Source of the DNA: a virus
Strand: one strand, 5' to 3'
Length of the DNA stretch: 64,000 nucleotides
IMG/VR virus record: IMGVR_UViG_3300006735_000013
Location: 32,001-96,000 of that record
The notes beneath the pieces are model-generated. The model was given only the letters and a program-made list of their open reading frames with translations. It was not told the origin of the DNA and ran no database searches. This document shows positions 15,255 to 24,902 of this stretch, piece by piece. Every line of letters starts with the position of its first letter. Position 1 is the stretch's first letter. Made by a program: the position numbers and the translations under genes.

Positions 15255-16178
15255 TCATTGCTGCAAGATTTTACGGTATCTAATAAGTGCCTGTTCTTTC
15301 ATCTTACACTCAAGCATCATATCATATTGAACACCGTGGCGCAGCACGGGGTTGTATATCCAATCTGAGTGGGCTTGCACTCTGATCTTGTTGTCTCCCT
15401 GTTCTTCTCGGCGAGACTCAGAAAGGTGAACGACTGGCTTGATACCGGATGGCCAGGTTGATGCAGCCATTTGAACTGCCTCTTCCTGCGTCTGGGCGCC
15501 AGTGCAGAACCGAAAATGGTGATAGTCAAAGACAATTGGCACACCAACCCTCTGATAGATTAGCTCATAGAGGCGCCTTACGGACCACATGGAGGCTTTA
15601 TCGTCATTCTCTAGGGTAAGCCTAGAGCGAGTGTTTTCGTCCAGCCTGTAGAAGTTTTTGACCCATCTAGATGCTGTTCCTTCAAAGTCTCCACCGTATG
15701 TTCCTCCGACATGGATATTGATCTTGTTGTAATGACTAGGGAAGAATCCCATAAGGTCCATCATTTGTGAATGCTGATTCAATTCCTTGATAGTCTTATC
15801 CACAACTTTGTCATTTGGCGAGCCAAGTACATTGAAAGGTCCAGGATGAAAAGTTAGGCGATGGTTATTGAGTGTCGCATATTCACCAGCATCATCGAGC
15901 AAATAGCAAATCTCATTATAGTTTGGTAACTCCCTGAATTCATACTCACTCATCCAGGGGAATATATCTGATGACATTCTATAGAACTTGATGTCGTTTT
16001 GCTCATTCCACTCAAGAATTTTCTTGAGATCCTTGATGTTCTGCACTGCAAGTTCTGAAGCGTATGCGATGCCCTTATCTTTGAAGGTTCTCTTGATCAT
16101 GGATCGATTAGTGGTGATTCTCTTTGATTTTGGACCTGACGAAAGATCCATGTTTATGCAAGCGTATCCTAGTTGCAT
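15255..16178 (-). CDS. uvsE: UV damage endonuclease UvsE/UVDE
   Basis: LGYACIN, FYRMSS, HPG.F, IHVGG.Y, LENDD, FDYHH, AHSD, ECKMKE motifs. Confidence 0.93.
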   Translation of the reverse strand: MQLGYACINMDLSSGPKSKRITTNRSMIKRTFKDKGIAYASELAVQNIKDLKKILEWNEQNDIKFYRMSSDIFPWMSEYEFRELPNYNEICYLLDDAGEYATLNNHRLTFHPGPFNVLGSPNDKVVDKTIKELNQHSQMMDLMGFFPSHYNKINIHVGGTYGGDFEGTASRWVKNFYRLDENTRSRLTLENDDKASMWSVRRLYELIYQRVGVPIVFDYHHFRFCTGAQTQEEAVQMAASTWPSGIKPVVHLSESRREEQGDNKIRVQAHSDWIYNPVLRHGVQYDMMLECKMKEQALIRYRKILQQ

Positions 16179-16357
16179 TGTTTTCTACTTCTTTCTTTCT
16201 CTACTTCTAGTCTAATTTCTTCCGCGATGATATGCACAAGCACTTTACGTGCGGAATCGGAAAACAAGTTTACACCACTGTGTTTGAACTTGTCAAGTGT
16301 CTTGCTTATAGTTTTTTCTAATTTTCCCATGGGAACCCTTTTGGTCTATCTTTTAAT

Positions 16358-16386
16358 ATAGTACACCAGTGGGCTGGAAAAGTCAA
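16358..16386 (-). promoter_or_regulatory. sigma70-type promoter
   Basis: TTGACT-17nt-TACTAT. Confidence 0.6.
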
Positions 16387-16709
16387 TCAAATAAAGGACA
16401 AACTTCTTTTTGCCACTCTAGTTCATTAGGAGTGTAACAATCCTTTTCTTGTAAGAGCCAGCAAAAGGGTGTTCCTGATGCACTAGGTTCAAAGCAACCC
16501 GGTGAACATACTTCATTATGAAGCTCACTATTTGGATTATGGCAAACATAAATAGAGGTTTGCCGTGGTGCTTCATCTTGGTCCAGTGAAGGTACAACTT
16601 CACCGCAAGAAAAGAAAAAAAGAAACAAGCAGCCCAGAGTCAAACCAACTAAGGATCTGTAACCACAAAAGTTCCTGTGTTGTAGTCGTCTAAAATTCTG
16701 CAATCCCAA
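16383..16709 (-). CDS. Cys-rich putative lipoprotein (true start probably near 16640)
   Basis: LFLFFFS|C lipobox-like segment followed by 6 Cys. Confidence 0.55.
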   Translation of the reverse strand: MGLQNFRRLQHRNFCGYRSLVGLTLGCLFLFFFSCGEVVPSLDQDEAPRQTSIYVCHNPNSELHNEVCSPGCFEPSASGTPFCWLLQEKDCYTPNELEWQKEVCPLFD

Positions 16710-17056
16710 CCATACTCACTGACAATGTCACCAACAATAAGCTTCATCTTGTCAGAGTTTCCTACAATTATCTTACAAGGTAATTCAACAAAGTTTAAGA
16801 ACTTTCTTACTTTTTCATCAACTTTATCATGGCGCGTGCCATGAAGATCGAGTGATCTCATTTTTCTTTGCTTTCTTCTATTTTTTGTTTTTCCGAACTT
16901 TATTGTAACTTCGGGTGTTACATCATAGTGGTGCCATACATCTTCTTTTTTAGTGCGCGCAACATGACCGTCGAGGTAGTAGTAGATATATCGAGGTGTC
17001 GTCTTTGTGACGATGCCGGCGCGTGTTTGGGAGATTATCAGGTCTCCTTTTCTCAT
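16649..17056 (-). CDS. KOW-like N-terminus fused to Smr-like domain
   Basis: MRKGDL..., then SLDLHG and IIVGNS Smr motifs. Confidence 0.65.
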   Translation of the reverse strand: MRKGDLIISQTRAGIVTKTTPRYIYYYLDGHVARTKKEDVWHHYDVTPEVTIKFGKTKNRRKQRKMRSLDLHGTRHDKVDEKVRKFLNFVELPCKIIVGNSDKMKLIVGDIVSEYGWDCRILDDYNTGTFVVTDP

Positions 17057-17075
17057 TTTATAGCCCTCAAGCATA

Positions 17076-17372
17076 CTAGCGTTTCCTTTCTTCTAACCTA
17101 AATAACCAGTTTATCGAAACCATACCCATCGAATCTGTGATCCTATTCTTTTTTGAGACCATATCGCGGAAAAAGAATTCAAAGTTTGATCCGGGCTGCA
17201 TTCTCACTACAGCCAATTCGTTACGTGTGGATGAGGAATTCCTATCCTGATAGATGTCCACTATCTCTAAAAGGACTCCGACCCACTCCCTGCCATACAG
17301 AACATGGTAAACCAGATCTCCCTTCCTTAGTCCTCTGCTTTTCGATACTTCTTTCCACATAATGAGATACAA
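17076..17372 (-). CDS. KOW/SH3-like protein (LRKGDLV)
   Basis: ORF. Confidence 0.6.
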   Translation of the reverse strand: MYLIMWKEVSKSRGLRKGDLVYHVLYGREWVGVLLEIVDIYQDRNSSSTRNELAVVRMQPGSNFEFFFRDMVSKKNRITDSMGMVSINWLFRLEERKR

Positions 17373-17498
17373 CCCCTAATGTAACTAAGGACAGTATCCA
17401 GAGAATGATAATAAAAATTCTTGTTTTATTTGTAAAATTGAATATAAATCACCAAAGACGTCGCTATTATCAGAGATATCGCAGCAACGATCGGGTGC

Positions 17499-18098
17499 TT
17501 AACTTTGAACATAAGCGTTGACAGTCGCCAAGGCAGACAAATCAGAAATGCAGGAATTTGTAATGTCTTGCCTGTTTCTAGATTTAGAGTCTTCCAAAAC
17601 AAACTGGAGTTTTTTGAAGGTTTTATCACAATTTATGTAAAACTGAAAAGCGCTCAGCATAGCTTGAAAACTAGAGTATATAATCGAATTTGACCTTGCT
17701 GAAAATTCTGCCATAGCATGTCTCTTGGGCTTCAACCTGAGAGAAACATCCGCTTTAGCATCTGTCTTGGAACACGTCCTGGACATTTCAAAAATTGGCC
17801 TAACTGACAAGTCGACCAAACTAATGTTCTTTAGTGACTGGTGATTATTTATAAATTCTGTGTAGCAGGCCTTATAAATGGCATCAACAAAGCCCTCTCC
17901 AGGACACTCCAACAACCTGTATGACGAAGTTTTCCCAGATTCAATCTTCGAAAAAGACAAATCCACTAATGTTACGGGACTTTGCACAGACTCTTGTATC
18001 TTGATAGACTCTGGGCATAGAACTACCAAGTCATCCTTTAGTCTTTTTGTGAAAATCTCTTTAATATTGTCGCGGCGGAAATCCTCTGGTCTCCTCAC
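17499..18098 (-). CDS. stand-alone LeuA-type allosteric (regulatory) domain-like protein
   Basis: GEGFVDAIYKA...SLVDLSV...DAKADVSL...SNSIIYSSFQAMLSA resembles the isopropylmalate synthase C-terminal domain. Confidence 0.55.
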   Translation of the reverse strand: MRRPEDFRRDNIKEIFTKRLKDDLVVLCPESIKIQESVQSPVTLVDLSFSKIESGKTSSYRLLECPGEGFVDAIYKACYTEFINNHQSLKNISLVDLSVRPIFEMSRTCSKTDAKADVSLRLKPKRHAMAEFSARSNSIIYSSFQAMLSAFQFYINCDKTFKKLQFVLEDSKSRNRQDITNSCISDLSALATVNAYVQS

Positions 18099-19915
18099 TA
18101 CTCCAACCTTTCAAGCCCTGCGGACACTTTGAAGATATTTTGAACATTTCCCAGCCTTTTTATATCTCTGAGAATTTTGACCTTTACATCCTCCGGTGCG
18201 TTGAATTGACCGGGGACAGAAGGTATAAACTTTACGGATAGGCCGGCGATATATCTACCCTCTGTTACCTTTTGGTTTTTTACCACAACAGTGACGATTG
18301 TTACATTTGGCAACGCTCGAAGGTCAGCAAGAATATCATCTAGACCTCTCGATTTGTTCTCTTCAAGAGTGAGGCCATAGGTCAGCATACAGTAAAATTT
18401 ATATATACCTCTCTGTCTGCTGCGCCCCTTCTCTTCTTTTATTATATCTTTCTCTATACTATCATAAAAGCTCTGCTTTGTCAAGTGGTTGTGGCTGAAA
18501 TACTTTTGTATATCTTCTTCTATGCCCGGAAGCTGTAGCTGCTGTCCTGAAGGTGCCGCATATCCCTCTTGAGCCAGCACTGCCTTTATTATCTCTATGA
18601 TGTCATCTATTTCTTTGTCTGCCGCGGAAGCAGTGAAAGCACAGAATTCTCTGAAGCCTTCGACGTTCATTGCTTCTTCTGGTGCCATTCTCAATTGGAC
18701 ATGCATGTCCTCTCCGTCTGCGTCGATGTCTAGCTCCTCATAACCATAGATGCCACTCTCAGACATCCTATCCTCTATCATGCGCTCAAGAGTTCGGACG
18801 TCCGAATAATCAATGTCTTCTAGGTCTTTTTCTGCTTTCCGATACTCTTCTCCTGTTGTGTCGATAGAAAATTCTACGGCGGCTCCATAATAGACCTCAA
18901 CACCGTGGTCATATTCGTTATCACCAATATCGTAATAGACCGAAATATGTTCTAAGTCTGAGTTTGCCTCATTTTTTATAACTTCGCAAGCTCTCTCTGC
19001 TACTTCGGCGGGGTTTGGTGGCGGATTGTCTATAATCCATTCTCGTGCTTCCCTGGTTATGTCTTCAAATATTTGACTGATCAGATCCTCTAGGTCGTCT
19101 TCATCTTCATTTTTGTATTCGGGCATACCATCGAGGTGCTCTCTTATGATACTCCACAAGTCATCGGCGTCTTGAGCTTCGTTTGGTGCATCCCAAAGCA
19201 TAGTCAAATCGCCTTCGTGGTCAAACTGCAAAGTAATCAGATGATTATCGGAGCCTTCAGGTATTCCTGAAAATTTCGTTATGACGAAAACTTTTCCTTC
19301 CTCTTCAGTATACTGCACAAAGTAGTTTCTCTTTTCTTTCGTCGAGATACACCAACTTGTAAGCCTAGGGTTTTGCCCATAGTAGCAGCTTGCCTCAGTT
19401 GTCAGTGGTCGTACTGCAAAAATGCCATGGTCGCTATAAACAACCTCAGAGTTCTCTTCTGCGTGCTTTTTTTCTGCTGCGGCTTTCTGCGCCTTAGCCG
19501 ATGTCGTGACACCTAGCTTATCTAGCATTCTCTTGAGTTCTTCGTCGTGGTATTTGTATATATCTTTTTCTTCAAACTTGTGTTGGTGCCATTGAAAGAG
19601 CTGCACGATGTCCATAAGTTCTTCTGAAAATCTCAAAATGTTATCTTGGTTTAGCTCAAACGCGCCTGGATATTCTAGATATTCCTCAAAATCTTCACTG
19701 TACTTTCTGTGTAACTCTCGGGCATACCACATAAGGTATTTTGATACCCCCTTGGTGCCGAGAGCATTCTCTATTTGGCGCCGACCCCAGTTAATCCAGC
19801 CCATTTTATCCGCGGCAGGATATTTTGCCTTGACATCTTTTACTCTTGCTTCCAGAAGGAGGTCAGGGTACCTCTCTTCCATAAGAAATTCTTTCCATTG
19901 TCTGTTAAATTGCAT
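18098..19915 (-). CDS. large acidic hypothetical protein, possibly head-packaged
   Basis: 605 aa; ASCYYG..WCIS motif; late-type motif upstream. Confidence 0.7.
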   Translation of the reverse strand: MQFNRQWKEFLMEERYPDLLLEARVKDVKAKYPAADKMGWINWGRRQIENALGTKGVSKYLMWYARELHRKYSEDFEEYLEYPGAFELNQDNILRFSEELMDIVQLFQWHQHKFEEKDIYKYHDEELKRMLDKLGVTTSAKAQKAAAEKKHAEENSEVVYSDHGIFAVRPLTTEASCYYGQNPRLTSWCISTKEKRNYFVQYTEEEGKVFVITKFSGIPEGSDNHLITLQFDHEGDLTMLWDAPNEAQDADDLWSIIREHLDGMPEYKNEDEDDLEDLISQIFEDITREAREWIIDNPPPNPAEVAERACEVIKNEANSDLEHISVYYDIGDNEYDHGVEVYYGAAVEFSIDTTGEEYRKAEKDLEDIDYSDVRTLERMIEDRMSESGIYGYEELDIDADGEDMHVQLRMAPEEAMNVEGFREFCAFTASAADKEIDDIIEIIKAVLAQEGYAAPSGQQLQLPGIEEDIQKYFSHNHLTKQSFYDSIEKDIIKEEKGRSRQRGIYKFYCMLTYGLTLEENKSRGLDDILADLRALPNVTIVTVVVKNQKVTEGRYIAGLSVKFIPSVPGQFNAPEDVKVKILRDIKRLGNVQNIFKVSAGLERLE

Positions 19916-19959
19916 AAAGAAAACACCTTTTTAATATAAATAGTTATAAATTATAGTGT

Positions 19960-20295
19960 CTAATAAAAAATCTGTATCAGAATCACTAGAAAGCACAAGC
20001 TCAGGCAAAGCATTGTTTTTGTGGTGAACATTGATTCGCCCAGCATTGTCCACGTCAAGACAGAAAATATAGTGTAGCCAGTGCATGTGCCTATGAATCT
20101 TGCTGACCACGCAGATTCTAGCTCTGTGGATATTATTTTCCAAGCATACCAAAAAAGTATGCTTGTTGGTACACCTATTAGAACGGCAGAAAGTATTGGT
20201 TTATCTGACCACCAGTGGTACATCTTCTGTAAGTTGAGTTGGTACCAGCCTAGGACCTGGCCTAAAGCAAAAAGTGCAATACCCCACCATAACAT
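19960..20295 (-). CDS. small four-TM membrane protein (SMR/DMT-like)
   Basis: four hydrophobic segments, LGE near the C-terminus. Confidence 0.65.
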   Translation of the reverse strand: MLWWGIALFALGQVLGWYQLNLQKMYHWWSDKPILSAVLIGVPTSILFWYAWKIISTELESAWSARFIGTCTGYTIFSVLTWTMLGESMFTTKTMLCLSLCFLVILIQIFY

Positions 20296-20640
20296 CTAGT
20301 GCTCCCTCAGTGAAAAGTTAGTAAATTTAGTTATCTCAGCAGCATTTATAGATTTAGCGAGTGATGCTATTAGTGCAACCTCTTCGGGCGGTATCGTAAG
20401 CTTATCAACTGAGTGCTCTTCTGCTTGCAAGATAAGTTCTTCCAAATAACCAAGAAGAATATCTGCCGAGAGCTTTACTTCTAATAAGGAGGTAAGCTCC
20501 GTTGTGGACACTTCAAAACCCCCCTTGTAATGGTCCTCTATTGTTGATTCTATTCTAGAAACCAAGGGAAGGCTGGCGCTATGGATCATTGAGATTGCCT
20601 TTACACTTATCTCTACGGCTGTTTCTGGCTTTTTTCCCAC
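20296..20640 (-). CDS. hypothetical protein
   Basis: ORF abutting both neighbours. Confidence 0.6.
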   Translation of the reverse strand: MGKKPETAVEISVKAISMIHSASLPLVSRIESTIEDHYKGGFEVSTTELTSLLEVKLSADILLGYLEELILQAEEHSVDKLTIPPEEVALIASLAKSINAAEITKFTNFSLREH

Positions 20641-20904
20641 CTATTTGCCCTCTTTTTCTGAGTTGTGGTCAATCAAGTCCGTATATCCACCTAACTTTAC
20701 TGTCAATCCAGACTCAATATTGTTAGCCAAAATAATTGGCACCGTCGGATGATTGTAAAACTTTTTATAGTCTTCTAATATATCTTCTTTTCCCTCAAAG
20801 TCAAGATAAGTGTAGTTTGCCGATATTGCTTGACAATAATCGGACGCCATTGCACAAAAGGGACAACTCGATCGGCCAAAAATAAAGTATCTGGTATTAG
20901 TCAT
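20641..20904 (-). CDS. glutaredoxin
   Basis: CPFC, TVP, GGYTDL. Confidence 0.88.
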   Translation of the reverse strand: MTNTRYFIFGRSSCPFCAMASDYCQAISANYTYLDFEGKEDILEDYKKFYNHPTVPIILANNIESGLTVKLGGYTDLIDHNSEKEGK

Positions 20905-21184
20905 TAAGGATCCTTTTGCCCAGTTGCCTCTCATTCATCTTGGAATATATCTGCTGCGCTGATCCGAACGTGATTATATCTTCTACAGTATTTCCGTGGC
21001 TAATCTTCACTATTGAAAATTTTTCTGACGAATAGCTTGATTGCTCAGACAGTAGAAAGTTATCTAAATTTTCATAGTCTACAATGGAAACTACATGGTC
21101 TGTATTTATAAAAATATTTTTTGAATATATATCCCTTTTGTATCCATTATTCTCAATCATGAGAGTTCTTATCTGTAGTAGCAC
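20897..21184 (-). CDS. hypothetical protein
   Basis: FINTDHVVSI motif; coupled ORF. Confidence 0.65.
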   Translation of the reverse strand: MLLQIRTLMIENNGYKRDIYSKNIFINTDHVVSIVDYENLDNFLLSEQSSYSSEKFSIVKISHGNTVEDIITFGSAQQIYSKMNERQLGKRILND

Positions 21185-21459
21185 TAACTACCTCCTATGC
21201 TCTTAAGGATAAAGGCACCGATGAGACCTATAACGGATGTGAAAAGCGTCCAAATCATTCTTGATGATGTTCTCTTCCACGCCTCTAATTCTCTGAGCCT
21301 TGCATAAAGGCCCTGGTCTGGGTTATAAACTGCTTCTTTTATTTTTGCAATGTCTTGTGACATCTCTTCTTGCTTATCTTGCATAACATCAATACCATTA
21401 CAAACCTTATCAAGCTTGCTCTGCATTTCTAGCATGCACACTCTGTTGTCGTCAACCAT
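21184..21459 (-). CDS. coiled-coil plus C-terminal TM protein (holin/XhlA-like)
   Basis: heptad region then a single TM; GGAGG RBS. Confidence 0.55.
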   Translation of the reverse strand: MVDDNRVCMLEMQSKLDKVCNGIDVMQDKQEEMSQDIAKIKEAVYNPDQGLYARLRELEAWKRTSSRMIWTLFTSVIGLIGAFILKSIGGS

Positions 21460-21498
21460 GGTAAAACCCTCCAACTATTTACTAGTAAGTAGTAAATG

Positions 21499-23064
21499 CT
21501 AGTGGACAATGCTGTGATTAGTCAACAAAAGAGTGCCTGCGACCGAGATAGCATTCCTGACCGCACACTTAGTGACCTTGGCAGGGTCGATGACCCCTGT
21601 TTTGTAAAGGTCCTCTTTCTTGTTTGTCAAGAAATTGTAACCTTCAAACTTCTCACAGGCACCGAGTGTGTGCAGCAATAATTCAGAATTGATGCCGGCA
21701 TTTTCTGACATTACACAGAATGGCGCCTTGAGTGACTTTTTGATAATTGGCAATGCTGTGCCCTGTTCTTCGTTTTCAAAGTCTACGTCGATGGCGTCAG
21801 AAATCTTAAGGAGAGTCATACCTCCACCGATTACAATTCCATCCTGCTGGGCTGAGTTGACGGCCTCCATGGCATCTTCTATCCTATGTTTCTTCTCTAT
21901 TACCTCTACCTCAGAGCTTCCACCAACACGTATAATCCCAACACCAGAAGAGAGACGAGTAATTCTGTCTTGAAGACGTTGAGCTGCATGCATATCTTCT
22001 GTTTGTTCAATTTCATTTTTGATCTCCTCTATTCGATTTTCAATTGAAGAATAATCACCCTCACCATCGACAATGATCGTATGAGACTTGCCAATCTCAA
22101 TTGAGCTAGCTTGGCCAAAGTCAACCAAAGAAACTTCTGTGGTCTTATGCCCTAAATTTTGCTGGAAGAATTTTGCACCTGTGGCAATGGCGAGGTCGCT
22201 CATAATCCCTCTTCTGTCTTCTCCATAGGAAGGAGCTTTCACGGCTGCAACTTTCATTGAGCCCCTCACTGTGTTCATGATCAGTGCGGCCAAGGCCTGA
22301 CCTTCAAGCTCTTCGGCCACGATAATAAATGGGCGATTTTCTCTAGCAGCAATCTCTAGCGCCGGGAGGATATCTGCTACTTGCTCTATTTTACTATCAG
22401 TAATCAAAAACATTGGATTATCATATTTTGCCAGGCCGCGGCGTTCATCCGTGATGAAGGCTCGAGCGGTATAACCTGAAGAGAACCTGAATCCTTCCAC
22501 CAGGTCTAAGGTTGTTTCATGTGAGTTGGCTTCCTCAATGGAGATGGAGCCATTTTTACCTACCTTGTCAACTGCGGTAGCTACCAACTCACCAATCATC
22601 TTGTCATTGTTTGATGAAATAGTGGCAATATGTCTGATATCCTCGATAGATGAAACCGGTTTAGCCAAATCAGTAATACCTTCGCAGATCACGTCACAAC
22701 ACCGATCAAGGCCGCGCTTGATCTCAATAGGGCTAACACCTGCTTCAATATGCTTGTTAGCTTGCACGAGGATCTCTCGGGCCAGAATGGTACTTGTAGT
22801 TGTACCATCGCCTGCTTGGGAGTTGGTCATCGCAGAAACCTGCTTTACGACTTCGGCTCCAGCATTCATGTGTGGATCTTCAAAGTTGATATTCTGAGCG
22901 ACGGTTACTCCGTCTTTTGTAATGAAAGGTCTTTTATCTTTCTGGTGAATGAGAACATTCTGGCCTTTCGGGCCGAGGGTGGTTGCAACATAATTAGCCA
23001 GGGTATTGACACCCTCCAAGACCTTGTTGCGAAGGGTCTGGCCGTGTTCTAACTTAGTAGTCAT
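21499..23064 (-). CDS. groEL: chaperonin GroEL
   Basis: TLGPKG, ITKDGVTVA, AGDGTTT, VIDPAKV; lacks the GGM tail. Confidence 0.95.
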   Translation of the reverse strand: MTTKLEHGQTLRNKVLEGVNTLANYVATTLGPKGQNVLIHQKDKRPFITKDGVTVAQNINFEDPHMNAGAEVVKQVSAMTNSQAGDGTTTSTILAREILVQANKHIEAGVSPIEIKRGLDRCCDVICEGITDLAKPVSSIEDIRHIATISSNNDKMIGELVATAVDKVGKNGSISIEEANSHETTLDLVEGFRFSSGYTARAFITDERRGLAKYDNPMFLITDSKIEQVADILPALEIAARENRPFIIVAEELEGQALAALIMNTVRGSMKVAAVKAPSYGEDRRGIMSDLAIATGAKFFQQNLGHKTTEVSLVDFGQASSIEIGKSHTIIVDGEGDYSSIENRIEEIKNEIEQTEDMHAAQRLQDRITRLSSGVGIIRVGGSSEVEVIEKKHRIEDAMEAVNSAQQDGIVIGGGMTLLKISDAIDVDFENEEQGTALPIIKKSLKAPFCVMSENAGINSELLLHTLGACEKFEGYNFLTNKKEDLYKTGVIDPAKVTKCAVRNAISVAGTLLLTNHSIVH

Positions 23065-23091
23065 GAAACCTCACTTTATTGTTATACTACT

Positions 23092-23119
23092 ATTATAATG
23101 TATTTTGAGAAAATGTCAA
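23092..23119 (-). promoter_or_regulatory. sigma70-type promoter for groEL
   Basis: TTGACA-16nt-TATAAT. Confidence 0.55.
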
Positions 23120-23133
23120 GCAGTTTTTTTACT

Positions 23134-24882
23134 TTATTCGGTGGCGGCCTCGGGGCGAAGCTCTTCTGTTTTGTATGCAATTGCGTTAGCAGCCTTGATG
23201 CTAGCCGTGGCCTTTTCATCTTCCTGCAAACCGCCGGCCATGAAAGAATAAGTGTTGTCCTGTATCGCCTTCACATTCATAAAAATATCGAAAATCGCTT
23301 CGTTCAAGTCGGTTGTCATCTTATTCAGCATTTCTTGGACTATTCTTGCTCCAATCTTAATTGTGCCTAAGTCCTGAGATATTTCAAGAACCTGCCTCCT
23401 GTTAACGTCAAACTGATATGTTTCCAACATACCCTTAGTATTCAAGAGAGCACGCTTTTTCATTTGAGAGTCTTTTAAGCTGTTGTAGAAATTCACAGAA
23501 TCTTCTAGTGATGCATAGAAACCAGGTTGGCGAAGGGATTGTTCTCTTTCTGACTTGACCCTTGCGGTAGCAAAGAGTGCACGGATTTGTTCGTTAGCTA
23601 CTACGGTAGATACTGCGAAAGCTTTGGCCAAAGCTGTGACTGTGGCGCGAAACACTCTTGGATTTTCTGTGGGTGTCCCAAATACTCCGTCTTCGGCTAG
23701 TGCCAAGACCATAGCCTTTGCTTGTGGATTTCCATTCGATGGGCCACCCTTAATCTTAGATTGGCCGCGGACAACTTTCTTTTGTACGTCGCCTTTTCCA
23801 ACAGGAGTAAACAAAGAATCGTTGCTAGCCCAATCTAACTCTTCAAGAAACCTTCCAATTTCTCCTTCCCCAACTTCAGCTATACCATCCAATCGAGCCA
23901 CAACATCTTCCATGAAGAACTCAACAAACTTAGTTTCTAACTCCTCGGGTGATGGCAAATTGGCACCGGGTAACTCGCTTGCCACATCCCTCTTGCCCTT
24001 AGAGGCGATAAAGGCTGCTGGTAGCTGAATGCAGATTTTTGACTTATCCATAGAGCGAGCAATTATATCTGCAATATTATCAAGCGTGAAGTCAAATTGA
24101 AAGAACTTTATATCGCCTTCGATATCCAAGCCGGCGCCTTGCTTCTCACCTGTCTCAGATGATGTAAACGACTTCATGCAAACAACATATCGCATTCCGT
24201 CAAAGCCGGAGAATTGTGGCTCTACTAAGTCTCCCACCAGGTCATTAAAGGAACCACCAACAACAACAGACTTTTCATTGTAGAGTTTCAAGCTGATTGG
24301 GATTTGGTCTCCTGTAGTAAAGTCAGCAATAGTGCCTGTATTCGCTGGCACTTGTCTGCCATCTAATAGTACAGCAAGAAAAGCTTCGAAGTTAAATCCG
24401 GCAGAGGCAGCATTGAAATTTGATACAACCTTTGTAAGAGCCTTGAAGAATACAAGATAAGATAAAACCTTTGCTATCTTTCGACCCACAGGAAGATTGT
24501 CATAATCCTCTGATGGCCCATTCGTATAGAAAGCGGATAGACTTGCCACCTTCTCCTGGAGGCTAGCCCCTTCAATTTGCTCAAGAAACTGTCTAAGCTG
24601 CTGTCGTTCTGGGCCTGAGACTTTTTGACCGCCAGTTGTACGAACATCGGTCCACCCCAATTCTGTAACACTTATCTCAGGGATAGCCTGCAGGGTGAGC
24701 GACATATCCTTTCGTTCGTTGATAAACTGCTCTCTGAGGAGCTCCATTTCAGTCTTGTGTGTCTCCACAAGTCTGTCCTTACTGACCTCGTAAACTTCAG
24801 CTATAAGGCTGTAAAGGTCGTCCATAGATGATATGGAGGGTTTCTTGTTGTTCTCTGATAAGAATTCTTTGTGCCAGCTCAT
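23134..24882 (-). CDS. hypothetical protein with PD-(D/E)xK-like motif, possibly virion-packaged
   Basis: GFNFEAFLA...IADF...ISLKL. Confidence 0.65.
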   Translation of the reverse strand: MSWHKEFLSENNKKPSISSMDDLYSLIAEVYEVSKDRLVETHKTEMELLREQFINERKDMSLTLQAIPEISVTELGWTDVRTTGGQKVSGPERQQLRQFLEQIEGASLQEKVASLSAFYTNGPSEDYDNLPVGRKIAKVLSYLVFFKALTKVVSNFNAASAGFNFEAFLAVLLDGRQVPANTGTIADFTTGDQIPISLKLYNEKSVVVGGSFNDLVGDLVEPQFSGFDGMRYVVCMKSFTSSETGEKQGAGLDIEGDIKFFQFDFTLDNIADIIARSMDKSKICIQLPAAFIASKGKRDVASELPGANLPSPEELETKFVEFFMEDVVARLDGIAEVGEGEIGRFLEELDWASNDSLFTPVGKGDVQKKVVRGQSKIKGGPSNGNPQAKAMVLALAEDGVFGTPTENPRVFRATVTALAKAFAVSTVVANEQIRALFATARVKSEREQSLRQPGFYASLEDSVNFYNSLKDSQMKKRALLNTKGMLETYQFDVNRRQVLEISQDLGTIKIGARIVQEMLNKMTTDLNEAIFDIFMNVKAIQDNTYSFMAGGLQEDEKATASIKAANAIAYKTEELRPEAATE

Positions 24883-24902
24883 TCTTTATCTCCTTTGTAT
24901 AA

